Shown here: positions 1 through 9,807 of the stretch, piece after piece
How positions within the stretch are numbered: the first letter of the stretch is position 1
How the letters are laid out: each line of letters begins with the position of its first letter
Assembly (NCBI GenBank): GCA_963766735.1
Contig: CAVYBU010000007.1
Location: 69,742 to 133,741, forward strand
Direction of reading: 5' to 3'
DNA: 64,000 nt
Origin: an uncultured Chloroflexia bacterium
GTDB taxonomy: Bacteria > Chloroflexota > Limnocylindria > Limnocylindrales > CSP1-4
Program-made: the position numbers and the translations under genes
Notes under the pieces: model-generated
The model's database searches: none
The model's input: the letters and a program-made list of their open reading frames with translations, nothing else
Told to the model about the DNA's origin: nothing

Positions 1-671
1 CAAACGGGGAGTCGGAGGCGCAGGCGACGTCCCTGGCCGCGCTCGAGGAGGGCGGACCCCCCGGCGAGGGTGTGACGCTGGAGGTGATCCGCACCAGCTC
101 GCGGCTCGGGTTCGCGACTGCGCTCAACGCGGGGATTCGAAGAGCCGAGGCTCCGGTTGTGGTGGTGGTGGACACCTCGGTTGAACCGCAGGGGAACCTC
201 ATCACGCCGCTGGTTGCCGCCCTCGGGGATCCCGGGGTCGCAGTCGCGGGGCCGTACGGGGTTGTGTCGGAGGACCTCCGCCGGTTCGCGGAGCCGGCGG
301 CCGGCATCGTGGACGTGGATGCGATCGAGGGGTACGCGATGGCGTTCCGCCGGGAGGACTACGCCGCACGCGGGCCGCTGGACGAGCACTTCGTGTTCTT
401 CCGGCACCTCGACCTGTGGTGGAGCCTCGTGCTCCGGGACCAGGGAGAGGACGATCCCGACGAAGCCGCCCCCCGGCGTGCCGTGCGGGTGGCCGGGATC
501 GCGATCCAGCGCCATCCACACCGGGAGTGGGCCCGCGTCGCGGACCAGGAGCGCGACCGGCTCTCGAAGAAGAACTTCTACCGTGTGCTCAAGAGGTTCG
601 CATCTCGCCGCGACCTGCTGGTGGGGCAGGGGGTGGGCGACCGGGGGACACAGGACAGAGGGCATCGATAG
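1..671 (+). CDS. glycosyltransferase family 2-like protein, C-terminal portion (5' end lies outside the window)
   Basis: The ORF is open from the window edge to a stop at 669-671. The translation resembles the C-terminal half of GT2 enzymes. Confidence 0.5.
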   Translation, partial: NGESEAQATSLAALEEGGPPGEGVTLEVIRTSSRLGFATALNAGIRRAEAPVVVVVDTSVEPQGNLITPLVAALGDPGVAVAGPYGVVSEDLRRFAEPAAGIVDVDAIEGYAMAFRREDYAARGPLDEHFVFFRHLDLWWSLVLRDQGEDDPDEAAPRRAVRVAGIAIQRHPHREWARVADQERDRLSKKNFYRVLKRFASRRDLLVGQGVGDRGTQDRGHR

Positions 672-913
672 CGCGAGCCGGGAGACGATCCAGCCGGAGC
701 CCTAACGAACCCAGCGGCGTCTCGTTCCCTTGGCAGAGGCCTCGCGGACAGCATCGTTCCCCCGGCGGTGTGGCACAGCGAGGCCTCATTTTCTTGTTGA
801 CCCTTGCCGGGACGGCGATGGGCGCCTGAGGGGGCGTTCCCGCCCTCGCCCGTATACTCCGCCCGTGTGTCGCTGGATCCGCGGCGACTCGACCCTGGAT
901 TGCCGGAGGGGGC

Positions 914-2569
914 GTGGCAGAGGCTGACCTGATCGACGAGGGCCCGCTGACTCCGCCGTCGCGCGGGCGTCGGTTGGCCGTCGCCGCGCTCGCGGTCGCG
1001 CTCGTGGGCGCGATGGTCGTCGGCCTATGGCCGGCCGCGCCCGTCACGGTCACGCCCTTCGTGGTCGCGGCCGAGCCCGCCGACACCGACGTCGTCACGA
1101 TCCTGGCCGGCTCGCCCGCCTCGATCGACCCGGCGTACCACGGGGACCTGGGCAGCGCGTCCTTCATCAGCCAGCTGTTCGAGACCCTCACGGCCGTCGA
1201 CCCCGGTCTGGAGGTCCGGCCTGCGCTCGCAGAATCGTGGACCGTGGAAGACGAGGGCAGGCGCGTGACGTTCACGCTCCGTCCCGGCTTGCAGTTCAGC
1301 GACGGGACGCCGCTCACCGCGACTGACGTCGTGCACAGCTGGCGCCGCCTGTTCAACCAGGGCAATCCTTCGCCTCTTGCCTCGCTGGTCGCGGACATCG
1401 TCGGGGCGCGGGCACTTCTGACGGGCCAGGCGACCGACATCTCGACGCTGGGGATCCGGGCGGAGGGCGACCGCACGGTGGTGGTGGATCTCGAGCGGGG
1501 AGGGGGAGACCTGCCCGCAATCGTCTCAGGCGCGCCGTTCGCGGTGGTGCCGCCGTCGACCACCGCAGACGAGATCGTGCCGGTGCCCGGCAGTTTCGTG
1601 GGCAGCGGCGGCTACGTCCTGGAGAGCGTCGGCCCGGATGCCTTCGTCCTGACCGCCAACCCTCGGTACTGGGCCGGCGAGCCTGCGATCCGCACTGTCC
1701 GAATGCTGGCGACCCTCAACGGGGGCAGCCCGCTCGATGCGTTTGTCGAGGGCACCGTGGACGTCACCCCGGTCAGCTACCTCGACGCGGGCTGGATCGC
1801 CTACGACCGGGAGCTCGGCTCGTCGCTCAGAAGCGACGCGGACCTGTCGGTGACCTACTACGGGTTCGACACCGTGCAAGCGCCTTTCGACGACGTCGGT
1901 GTGCGCCAGGCGTTTGCGCAGGCCGTGGACTGGCGCCGCCTCGCCCTCCTGGACAACCCCGGCTCGTCGGTCCCGGCCAGCGGCATGGTTCCTGCCGGCA
2001 TGCCGGGTGCGCCGGAGGGGGACTTCATGCCGCCGTACGATCCCGGTGCCGCCCGCCGCCTGCTCGCCGATTCCGGCTACCCCGGCGGTCAGGGTCTTGG
2101 TCCGATCTCCTTCATCGGCAGCGGCGGCGGCTACGACCAGGCCGTCGTGACGATGCTTGAGGAGAACCTGGGCGTCACCATCGACTACGCGACGATGGAC
2201 TTCGCCGCATACCAGCTTCGGCTGGCAACGGATCCCCCCCAGCTGTGGAGCCTGTCGTGGATCGCGGACTACCCGGGTCCGAACGACTTCCTGGGGGTCC
2301 TCCTGGGCACGGGATCGACATCCAACCAGGGGGGCTGGTCATCGGCTCCGTTCGACACCGCGATCACAGACGCCACCTCGGCCGCGGATCCCGCTGATGC
2401 AACCGCGGCGTACGCGCGCGCGATGATGATCGTCAAGGAGGACGTTCCGGTCGTGCCCGTTTCGTACGGCACTTCCTATTCGCTCGTCCGGGAGGGCCTC
2501 ACGGGGGCCAGCCAGACGGGGACCGGCATCCTCCGGCTCGCGGGCCTCGCGTGGGGAGACGTGCCGTGA
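914..2569 (+). CDS. ABC transporter substrate-binding protein, family 5 (peptide/nickel type), signal-anchored
   Basis: 551-aa ORF with GTG start and an N-terminal hydrophobic segment. It shows SBP_bac_5-like motifs (ALAESW.VEDEGRRVTFTLRPGLQFSDGTPLTA.DVV.SW). No cognate permease genes are adjacent. Confidence 0.8.
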   Translation: MAEADLIDEGPLTPPSRGRRLAVAALAVALVGAMVVGLWPAAPVTVTPFVVAAEPADTDVVTILAGSPASIDPAYHGDLGSASFISQLFETLTAVDPGLEVRPALAESWTVEDEGRRVTFTLRPGLQFSDGTPLTATDVVHSWRRLFNQGNPSPLASLVADIVGARALLTGQATDISTLGIRAEGDRTVVVDLERGGGDLPAIVSGAPFAVVPPSTTADEIVPVPGSFVGSGGYVLESVGPDAFVLTANPRYWAGEPAIRTVRMLATLNGGSPLDAFVEGTVDVTPVSYLDAGWIAYDRELGSSLRSDADLSVTYYGFDTVQAPFDDVGVRQAFAQAVDWRRLALLDNPGSSVPASGMVPAGMPGAPEGDFMPPYDPGAARRLLADSGYPGGQGLGPISFIGSGGGYDQAVVTMLEENLGVTIDYATMDFAAYQLRLATDPPQLWSLSWIADYPGPNDFLGVLLGTGSTSNQGGWSSAPFDTAITDATSAADPADATAAYARAMMIVKEDVPVVPVSYGTSYSLVREGLTGASQTGTGILRLAGLAWGDVP

Positions 2570-3933
2570 AGCGGGGCAGAGCGCGCATTGGCGTGATGGA
2601 GGGCCTGGCGACCCTGGCGACCGCCGCCGCCCTGCTGCTGCCGACCGGGGTGGTGCATGCCGCCGACGTCGCCTTCGGCACCCCGGACGCGACCGCGACC
2701 TTCGGCGAGAGCATCGAGTTCACGGTACCGATCACCGCTGGCGCTGCGCCTGAGCGGATCGAGCTGAGGCTCGGGTTCCCGGCCGCGCTCGGTCCCTACG
2801 TCATCGACATCCCGGCGCCCGGACCCGGTTCGCAGACGCTGCGCTACGTCCTGGATCTGACCGGCTCGGGCCACCTGGCGCCCAACACGCCGGTCGTCGC
2901 CACCTGGGCGGCCTTCACGTCCCTGGACGCGGCGCCGGTCCTGAGCTCGCCGGTCACCGTCCGCTATGAGGACACCGCTCATGAGTGGCGCGAGGTGAAG
3001 GGGGACCTCGTCACCGTCCACTGGTACGAGGGCAGCGAGTCCTTTGCCAAGAGGGCGCTGCGGATCGGGGAGGACGCGGTCCGCGAGACTGCCGCGCTCC
3101 TCGGGGTGACGGAATCCGAGCCGATCGACTTCTACATCTATGGTGACGATGCGTCGTTCCGCGCGGCCCTCGGCCCCGGTTCGCGCGAGAACATCGGCGG
3201 CACGTCGCACTCCGACATCCGCACCTTGTTCGCGCTGATCACGCCCGGGCAGATCGACGACACGTGGGTCGGCATCGTCGTGCCCCACGAGCTGGTCCAC
3301 CTTGTCTTCGCAACCGCCGTCGACAACCCGTATCGCCAGCCGCCGCTCTGGTTCAACGAAGGATTGGCCGTGTACCTGTCGGAGGGCTACGGGCCGGCTG
3401 ACCGGAAGCGGGTTGAGGATGCCGTGGCCACGCGGGACCTCTTCCCGCTCACCGCGCTCGACCAGTTCCCCAGGTATGGCGATCTCGTCAACCTCGCCTA
3501 TGCGGAGTCGGTGTCCGCCATCGACCACATCGTCCGCACCGACGGAGATGACGCCCTCCTGGCGGTGGTGGATGCCTACGGCAATGGCATGACCGACGAC
3601 GAGGCGTTCACGGCGGCGCTGGGGAGGGATTTCGAGGCCTTCGAGGCTGGCTGGCTGGCGGAGCTGGGGGCCGAGAAGCCCGAGAGGTATGGCCCGAAGC
3701 CCGCGCCGGCTGGCCCGTTGCCCCCGGGCTGGAGCGGTCCCAACGCCTCGCCGGGTCCCGGCGCTACGCCCGGTGCCCTCAATCCATCCGCTCCCGCGAC
3801 GGCTGCACCAACCGACGGCGGGGAATCGCGGAGCGGTCTCGAGACCGGGGCCGTCCTTGCGGCCATCCTCGCAGTCGTGGCGGTGGTGGTGATCGCACTC
3901 GTCGTGGCCCGGCGGCGCGCAGGTCCGGCGTGA
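2566..3933 (+). CDS. secreted peptidase MA-like zinc metalloprotease with Pro/Ala-rich linker and C-terminal TM anchor
   Basis: GTG at 2566 overlaps the upstream stop (GTGA). There is a signal peptide. An HELVH (HExxH) motif is followed by NEGLAVY, giving the third zinc ligand. The C-terminus has a P/A-rich region and then a hydrophobic helix. Confidence 0.6.
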   Translation: MKRGRARIGVMEGLATLATAAALLLPTGVVHAADVAFGTPDATATFGESIEFTVPITAGAAPERIELRLGFPAALGPYVIDIPAPGPGSQTLRYVLDLTGSGHLAPNTPVVATWAAFTSLDAAPVLSSPVTVRYEDTAHEWREVKGDLVTVHWYEGSESFAKRALRIGEDAVRETAALLGVTESEPIDFYIYGDDASFRAALGPGSRENIGGTSHSDIRTLFALITPGQIDDTWVGIVVPHELVHLVFATAVDNPYRQPPLWFNEGLAVYLSEGYGPADRKRVEDAVATRDLFPLTALDQFPRYGDLVNLAYAESVSAIDHIVRTDGDDALLAVVDAYGNGMTDDEAFTAALGRDFEAFEAGWLAELGAEKPERYGPKPAPAGPLPPGWSGPNASPGPGATPGALNPSAPATAAPTDGGESRSGLETGAVLAAILAVVAVVVIALVVARRRAGPA

Positions 3934-3937
3934 CATC

Positions 3938-4705
3938 GTGAACGCGATCAAGGAGCACCTGCGGGCGATCCCCAGCTGGCAGATCACCCTGGGTGCCGCA
4001 CTGCTCTTCCTGGGGTTCCTCGTCGCCGCCCAGCTCGCGTCCGAGGGACCCAGGGTCCGGATCACCAGCCTTGAGCGAACGCCGCTCGTGGAGACCGCGC
4101 TTGACCTTCAGGCGCAGCAGGAGGGGCTCAAGCAGCAGATCCTCGACCTCCGCTCGGCGATCCAGGACCTGGAGGAGACCGGGCAGGGCGGTGCGGCCAT
4201 CACGAAGGAGCTCAACGACCGGCTGGAGAACGCGAGGATCGCCGCTGGTCTCGTCCCGATGTCGGGACCCGGCATCGTGATCCAGCTGAGCGATGCGACC
4301 ACGGCCGTGCCACCGGACGGGAACGTCCGTGACTACCTCGCGTCGGGGCGTGACGTCCTGACGGTGGTCGAGGAGCTGTGGCTGGCCGGCGCGGAGGCCG
4401 TCGCGGTCAACGGCGAGCGGGTGACCGTGGCCACGGCGATCGTGGACATCGGCGGCTCGGTCCTCGTCAACTCGGCCTACGTGACCGCGCCCTACCAGGT
4501 GGCAGCGATCGGCCCGGCGGACATGTTCGAGCGCTTGACAGCAGCCGTTGGGTTCGTGGACTTCGTGCGGAGCCGGGCCGAGACATTCGGGATCGGGGTG
4601 GCATACGCGAGCCCGGAGTCGGTTGACCTGCCAGCCTACGCCGGCTCGATCAACCTCCGGTACGGGCGGGTGGAGCCCAGCGCCGCGCCGTCGGGGACAC
4701 CCTGA
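3938..4705 (+). CDS. DUF881 domain-containing membrane protein
   Basis: N-terminal TM helix, a coiled-coil, and the conserved GPGIVIQLSDA ... ELWLAGAEAV.VNGERV block typical of DUF881. Confidence 0.8.
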   Translation: MNAIKEHLRAIPSWQITLGAALLFLGFLVAAQLASEGPRVRITSLERTPLVETALDLQAQQEGLKQQILDLRSAIQDLEETGQGGAAITKELNDRLENARIAAGLVPMSGPGIVIQLSDATTAVPPDGNVRDYLASGRDVLTVVEELWLAGAEAVAVNGERVTVATAIVDIGGSVLVNSAYVTAPYQVAAIGPADMFERLTAAVGFVDFVRSRAETFGIGVAYASPESVDLPAYAGSINLRYGRVEPSAAPSGTP

Positions 4706-5379
4706 TGCAGCGCGGGTCTGGGCGGATTGCCATGACCGCCCTCCTCCTTCTCCTGGGCTTCCTCGTCGTGGTCCAGCTGCGCTCCCAGACCACGGATCAG
4801 GGCCTCGCGGAATTGTCCGTCCAGGAGCTCACCGAGCTGGTGGCCAACGTCACGACGCGCAACAACCAGCTCCGGCAGGAGATTGGGACCCTCGAACGAC
4901 AGCACTCGAGTGTCGCCGCGGCCGTGGATCGCGGCGACACGTCGGCCGTCCAGATGCGCTCGGACCTTGACCGGGTCCTCGGCTGGTCGGGGGTGCTCGG
5001 GGTCTCCGGCCCAGGCGTCCGTGTCGTGGTGGAGGGACCGGTACCGGGCGACGCCGTGGAGCTGTTGCTCAACGAGCTTCGCAACGCCGGGGCGGAGGCG
5101 ATCGCGATCGGCGACGTTCGCGTCGTTCCCGGCGTGGTCGTGTTCGGACCCGCTGACGCTCTCGTCGCCGCCGGGATCCCGCTTGCTGGGCCGCTCGAGA
5201 TCCTGGCGACCGGCCAGCCGGAATCCCTGGCAGGCTCGCTCGCTCGTACCGGCGGGCCCATCGCGCAACTTGCCGCGCGGTATCCGGACGTCAGGATCAC
5301 GGTCAACGATGCCGATCTCGTGGAGATCCCCCCGACGGATCGCGATCTGAACCCTGCGCTCGGCCAACCACGGCTCTGA
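4705..5379 (+). CDS. DUF881 domain-containing membrane protein (paralog of the preceding gene)
   Basis: Its ATG overlaps the upstream stop (TGATG). It has the same domain architecture and a [11 protein letters not shown] ... [18 protein letters not shown] block. Confidence 0.8.
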   Translation: MQRGSGRIAMTALLLLLGFLVVVQLRSQTTDQGLAELSVQELTELVANVTTRNNQLRQEIGTLERQHSSVAAAVDRGDTSAVQMRSDLDRVLGWSGVLGVSGPGVRVVVEGPVPGDAVELLLNELRNAGAEAIAIGDVRVVPGVVVFGPADALVAAGIPLAGPLEILATGQPESLAGSLARTGGPIAQLAARYPDVRITVNDADLVEIPPTDRDLNPALGQPRL

Positions 5380-5410
5380 TCGCCGGACGCCCTCTGCTAC
5401 CCTCGCCCCA

Positions 5411-5650
5411 ATGACCGGCCACCCCGTGCTCGAGCTCTTCCTGGGCGATGTCGTCCGCCTCCGGAAACGCCACCCATGCGGCGGCGAGACCTGGCTGGTG
5501 GACCGCCTCGGCGCCGACATCGGCCTGCGCTGTGAGACCTGCGGCCGCCGCGTCCTGGTGACGCGGCCGGCCCTCGAGCGGCGCATCGCGGGCTTCAACC
5601 GGCGCGGCGATCCCGCCCTCAGCGCGGCTGTGGGTCCGGTGCGCGCGTGA
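5411..5650 (+). CDS. DUF951 family small protein (two CxxC pairs)
   Basis: 79 aa with a [14 protein letters not shown] ... [10 protein letters not shown] pattern characteristic of DUF951. It sits directly after the DUF881 pair, as in conserved envelope/division clusters. Confidence 0.7.
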   Translation: MTGHPVLELFLGDVVRLRKRHPCGGETWLVDRLGADIGLRCETCGRRVLVTRPALERRIAGFNRRGDPALSAAVGPVRA

Positions 5651-7287
5651 CGCAGGAGCCGGCCGGCGTGCTGACGGAGGTCGACGGCCTCGACGAGCCG
5701 CTGGAGTCGGCGGGCGCCCTCGACGTCTTCCGGAACCGGCCGTTCCTGCTGCTCTGGCTCAGCCAGCTGTTCACGCAGATCGGCGGCAACATGGTCCTCT
5801 ACGGCCTGACCGTCATCGTCCTCGTGACCACGGGCTCCAATACTGTCGTGAGCCTGCTGATCCTCACGTTCCTGGTCCCGGCCGTGCTGTTCTCGGCCGT
5901 CGCCGGCGTCTACGTCGACCGCCTGGACAAGCGCCACGTGCTGGTGGGGACCAACGTGCTGCGCGCGGCGTTGTTCGGGATGCTGTGGTTGGCAGGTGAC
6001 TTCCTGCCCGTCCTCCTGCTGCTCAACGCGCTGATCTCGACGGTGACGGTCTTCTTCGCACCGGCCGAGGCATCGATGATCCCGCAGCTCGTGCCCCGCC
6101 GCCAGCTGGTCGCCGCGAACGGCATCTTCACCCTCACCCTGAACGCGGCCTTTGCCGTCGGCTACGCGCTGATGGGTTCGCTGGTGGTGACCCTGGTCGG
6201 CGCCCAGGGTCTCATCGTCGTGGTCGCGGTGTTCTACCTGGTGGCCGCCCTGTTCTGCTGGTGGCTGCCGCCGTCCCCGCCCGTGCGCTATGCCGGCGCG
6301 GAAGAGGACCAGGGTGTGATCGACCCGGACGCCGAGGAGGCGATGGGCTCGGTGGTCGGTCAGCTCCGCGAGGGCGTCGGCTTCATTCGCGAGAACCGGG
6401 CGATCAGCTGGTCTCTGCTGTACCTCGGGATCGCCGCCTCGCTCGTCGGGGTGCTGGGCGTCCTGGGACCGAAGTTCGCGACAGACTCGCTCGGCCTCGA
6501 GTACAAGGACTTCGTCGTCGTCGTCCTGCCGCTCGGGTTCGGCATCGTGACCGGGATCCTGCTGCTCAACTCCTTCGGCCACCTGTTTCCACGCCGCCGG
6601 ATCATCGAAGGCGGGCTGATCGCCCTGGGCATCTTCGTGCTGCTGATCGTGGCGGCCGGACCCATCTCGAGGGTCCTGCAGAACGCGGAGCGCGCGACCG
6701 GGCTCGCCACGGCACTCGCCGATTTCACGTCGCTCCTGTCAGTCGTCGTCTTCATCGCGCTGCTTGCCGGCATGGCCTACGCATGTGTCGCCATTCCTTC
6801 CCAGACCCAGTTGCAGGAGGACATCCCGGAGGACGCTCGAGGACGCGTGTTCGGCGTGTTGAACATGCTGGTCTCCGTGGCGAGCTTCCTTCCGATCATC
6901 ATCCTCGGATCGATGTCCGACGTGGTCGGGACGCCGAACGTCCTCATCGTCGTGGCGATCGCCATTACGACCGCCGGGATCGTCTCGATCGTCCGGCGTG
7001 GACCGCTCAGCGCGGCGGAGGCTCGCGCGACGGCACATGGCCCCGCATCACCTGCCGGCCTGGACCCGGTGGCCGTCGCGACCGCGTCGGAGCTGCTGGA
7101 CGCCGACGAGAGAAGGGACGCCGACGAGAGAAGGGCAGCCGATGCCCGGGCCCGCGCGGAGGTCGCCGAGGCCGCTGAGGCTGCGGACCCTGCTGGGCCT
7201 GCGGACCCGACCGAGCAAGATGAGCCTGGTGCCGGGGGCCGCGAGGAGCGCGAAGCTGCGGCAGGCGGTCCCGCGGAAGGCGAATGA
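5647..7287 (+). CDS. MFS transporter with acidic low-complexity C-terminal tail
   Basis: GTG start overlaps the DUF951 stop. There are ~12-14 hydrophobic helices. The C-terminal tail contains a DADERR x2 repeat (a 21-nt tandem repeat at ~7081-7140). Confidence 0.8.
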   Translation: MTQEPAGVLTEVDGLDEPLESAGALDVFRNRPFLLLWLSQLFTQIGGNMVLYGLTVIVLVTTGSNTVVSLLILTFLVPAVLFSAVAGVYVDRLDKRHVLVGTNVLRAALFGMLWLAGDFLPVLLLLNALISTVTVFFAPAEASMIPQLVPRRQLVAANGIFTLTLNAAFAVGYALMGSLVVTLVGAQGLIVVVAVFYLVAALFCWWLPPSPPVRYAGAEEDQGVIDPDAEEAMGSVVGQLREGVGFIRENRAISWSLLYLGIAASLVGVLGVLGPKFATDSLGLEYKDFVVVVLPLGFGIVTGILLLNSFGHLFPRRRIIEGGLIALGIFVLLIVAAGPISRVLQNAERATGLATALADFTSLLSVVVFIALLAGMAYACVAIPSQTQLQEDIPEDARGRVFGVLNMLVSVASFLPIIILGSMSDVVGTPNVLIVVAIAITTAGIVSIVRRGPLSAAEARATAHGPASPAGLDPVAVATASELLDADERRDADERRAADARARAEVAEAAEAADPAGPADPTEQDEPGAGGREEREAAAGGPAEGE

Positions 7288-8942
7288 ACGTGGCGAGGGC
7301 CGATCTGCTCGTCACGGGGCGGATCGCGACCTTTGCGGGTGACGAGGGGCCTGGTTGGGCCGGGGCCGTGGCGATCGCCGGTGGACGGGTTGTCGCCGCG
7401 GGGTCCGGGGCTGACGTCGAAGGGCTGGTGGGCTCCCACACGCGGCGACTGGTGTTGGGGCCGGACGACGTGGCGGTTCCCGGGCTGACCGACGCACACA
7501 TCCACCTGGCGGAGGCGGCCCTGGCGCGGCTCCGCGTCAACCTGGACGACACCCGATCAATCGGCACGATCCTCGAGCGCGTTCACGAGGCCTCGGTCGG
7601 TTCGCCGGACCCGGCTGCCTGGATCGAGGGCGCGGGCTGGGATGCGGACCTGCTGGAGCGTTGGCCGACGGCAGCCGACCTCGAGCGTGCGGCTCCGGGG
7701 CGACTCGTCGTCCTCTGGGCCCACGACCACCACGCGCTGCTGGTCAGCGAGAGGGCTCTGACGGAGGCTGGGATCGACGGCGATCGTGGCGACCCCGACG
7801 GTGGCGTGATCAGGCGTGACGGCGACGGACATGCGACCGGGGTGCTGCACGAGACCGCGGCGAGGCTCGTCGCCGGACGGGTTCCCGCGCCATCGGGCGC
7901 CCGTGTCTCGGCGGCGCTGGTCCCGCTGATCCGGGAGCTCGTCGGGCTGGGCGTCGTGGCCGCACACGATCCTGGTGGGCTCGCCGAGCGGGACGATCTC
8001 CGGGGTCCCTTCGAGGCGTATCGAGGGCTGGCTGCGCTGGGCGAGCTCGGCATGCGCGTTCACCCGTGCCTGCGCCCGGAGCAACTGGACGCGGCCGAGG
8101 CCGAAGGCCTGCGGAGCGGACAACCGCTTGGCCCGGACCCCCTGGACCGCCTGCGGCTGGGATGGCTCAAGACCTTCGCAGACGGATCGCTCGGGTCACG
8201 GACGGCCGCGCTGCTGGAACCGTTGGAGCACCTGCCCGGGGAGCCGGAGCCCCCCAACGGTGGCTACGGTGTCTGGCTGGTCCCACCTGACGAGCTCCGG
8301 GTCCAGGCGGCGCGTGCCGCGGCGCTCGGGATCACCACCCAGATCCATGGGATCGGCGACGCGGCGGTCCGGGCCGCGCTGGACGCGCTTGCGCCGACGG
8401 TGGGCCGTACGGCCCTGGTGCCTCGGGTGGAGCACACGCAGCTGGTCGGCGACGCGGACATCCCGCGGTTCGTCGCCCTGGGAATCGCCGCGTCGATGCA
8501 GCCGGTCCACGTCCGGTCCGACGCGGAGAAGGCACGGCGTCTGTGGGGACCCCGCGCGGATGCCCGGGGATATGCCCTCAGGGCGCTCGCGGCCACTGGC
8601 GCGCTGATCCCGTTCGGAACCGATGCGCCCGTGGAGCCGGTTGACCCGTGGCCGGGGATCGCATGCGCGGTGACTCGATCCGCGCCGTCCTGGCCGGTGG
8701 GCACACTCCCCTTCGGCCCGGAGAACCGGCTGGACCTGTGGCGAGCCCTTCGTGCCGCATGCCTGGACCCGGCCCTCAGCGCGGGCGAGCGGGATCGCGG
8801 CCGGCTGGTGGCGGGGCATCGCGCGGACCTGGTGGTGCTGCCGGCGGCGGCGATTCGCGAGCCGGTCGAGGTGGATGGGGCGCTCTGGAACGCGAGGCCG
8901 CGGCTGGTGCTGATGGATGGCGAGGTCGTCTCCGGCGCCTGA
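7284..8942 (+). CDS. amidohydrolase family (amidohydrolase-3 type) metal-dependent hydrolase
   Basis: The ATG overlaps the MFS stop (ATGA). A DAHIHL metal-binding motif sits near the N-terminus. 552 aa with a TIM-barrel hydrolase signature. Confidence 0.8.
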   Translation: MNVARADLLVTGRIATFAGDEGPGWAGAVAIAGGRVVAAGSGADVEGLVGSHTRRLVLGPDDVAVPGLTDAHIHLAEAALARLRVNLDDTRSIGTILERVHEASVGSPDPAAWIEGAGWDADLLERWPTAADLERAAPGRLVVLWAHDHHALLVSERALTEAGIDGDRGDPDGGVIRRDGDGHATGVLHETAARLVAGRVPAPSGARVSAALVPLIRELVGLGVVAAHDPGGLAERDDLRGPFEAYRGLAALGELGMRVHPCLRPEQLDAAEAEGLRSGQPLGPDPLDRLRLGWLKTFADGSLGSRTAALLEPLEHLPGEPEPPNGGYGVWLVPPDELRVQAARAAALGITTQIHGIGDAAVRAALDALAPTVGRTALVPRVEHTQLVGDADIPRFVALGIAASMQPVHVRSDAEKARRLWGPRADARGYALRALAATGALIPFGTDAPVEPVDPWPGIACAVTRSAPSWPVGTLPFGPENRLDLWRALRAACLDPALSAGERDRGRLVAGHRADLVVLPAAAIREPVEVDGALWNARPRLVLMDGEVVSGA

Positions 8943-8964
8943 CGGACGACGCTGTCGATCCCTG

Positions 8965-9780
8965 TCAGCCGGCGGCGGCAGCCGCACCGCGTTGGCGGCG
9001 TGCCTCGTAGAGCAGGACCGCGGCGGTGATCGACACGTTCAGGCTGTCGGCCACGCCCAGCATCGGGAGGTTGACCGGGATGACCGAGGGGCCGGTCCAC
9101 ACCGTGCTGAGGCCATCCGCCTCGCTGCCCAGGACCAGCGCGAGCGGTCCCCGCAGGTCCACGTCGGTGTAGGGCGCGTCCGCGTCAACCCGGGCGACCA
9201 CCAGGTGGATGCCACGCGCGGCGAGGTGGTCGTGGACGGCGTTGCTCGATCCGGAGGCCATCGGGACCGCGAAGATCGTCCCGAGCGATGCGCGGATGGC
9301 GTTCGGGTTGAAGAGGTCGGTGCGAGGGTCCGCGGCGATGACGGCATCGGCACCCGCGGCATCGGCCGTCCGCAGCACCGCGCCCAGGTTTCCGGGCTTC
9401 TCGATGCCCTCGACGACCACGACCAGCGGTTCCGCCGGGAGGCCGAGGCCCGAGAGAAGCAGGTCCGGGACGCGGACGACGGCAACGAGTCCCTCGGCGC
9501 GATCGCCATAGGCCAGGCGGTCCAGCACGGTGTCGGAGACCGGCGTCACGATCGCACCACCGCGCCGCGCCTCGTCGACGGCAGACGCACCCTCGTACCC
9601 CAGCCGGTCTTCATTCACGAAGATCTCGGCCACGTCCGCGCCGCCCGCGAGAGCCCGGGCGAGCTCGCGAACCCCGTCCAGCAGCGTCAGGCCCGCCTGG
9701 TCACGCGCACGACGGTCGCGCAGGGCCGCGGCGGCCCGGATGCGAGGGTTCCTCGTGCTGGTGATCGCGGCGTCGGTCAT
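8965..9780 (-). CDS. TrmH/SpoU family RNA 2'-O-methyltransferase
   Basis: 271 aa with SPOUT motifs (GNLGAVLRTADAAGADAV ... LVLGSEADGLS ... IPM.G.ADSLNVS.A). Confidence 0.8.
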   Translation of the reverse strand: MTDAAITSTRNPRIRAAAALRDRRARDQAGLTLLDGVRELARALAGGADVAEIFVNEDRLGYEGASAVDEARRGGAIVTPVSDTVLDRLAYGDRAEGLVAVVRVPDLLLSGLGLPAEPLVVVVEGIEKPGNLGAVLRTADAAGADAVIAADPRTDLFNPNAIRASLGTIFAVPMASGSSNAVHDHLAARGIHLVVARVDADAPYTDVDLRGPLALVLGSEADGLSTVWTGPSVIPVNLPMLGVADSLNVSITAAVLLYEARRQRGAAAAAG

Positions 9781-9807
9781 CGCGGGATCCTCGCAGGCGT
9801 GGCCGCG

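Noticed and set aside
589-1563. 324-aa minus-strand ORF
   Set aside because: Antisense to the well-supported SBP gene. Pro/Arg/Ser-rich translation typical of off-frame high-GC DNA.
2476-4065. 529-aa minus-strand ORF
   Set aside because: Antisense to the peptidase MA gene. Arg/Gly-rich junk.
4636-6582. 648-aa minus-strand ORF
   Set aside because: Antisense to the DUF881, DUF951 and MFS genes. Composition is His/Arg/Asp/Glu-rich noise with no domain.
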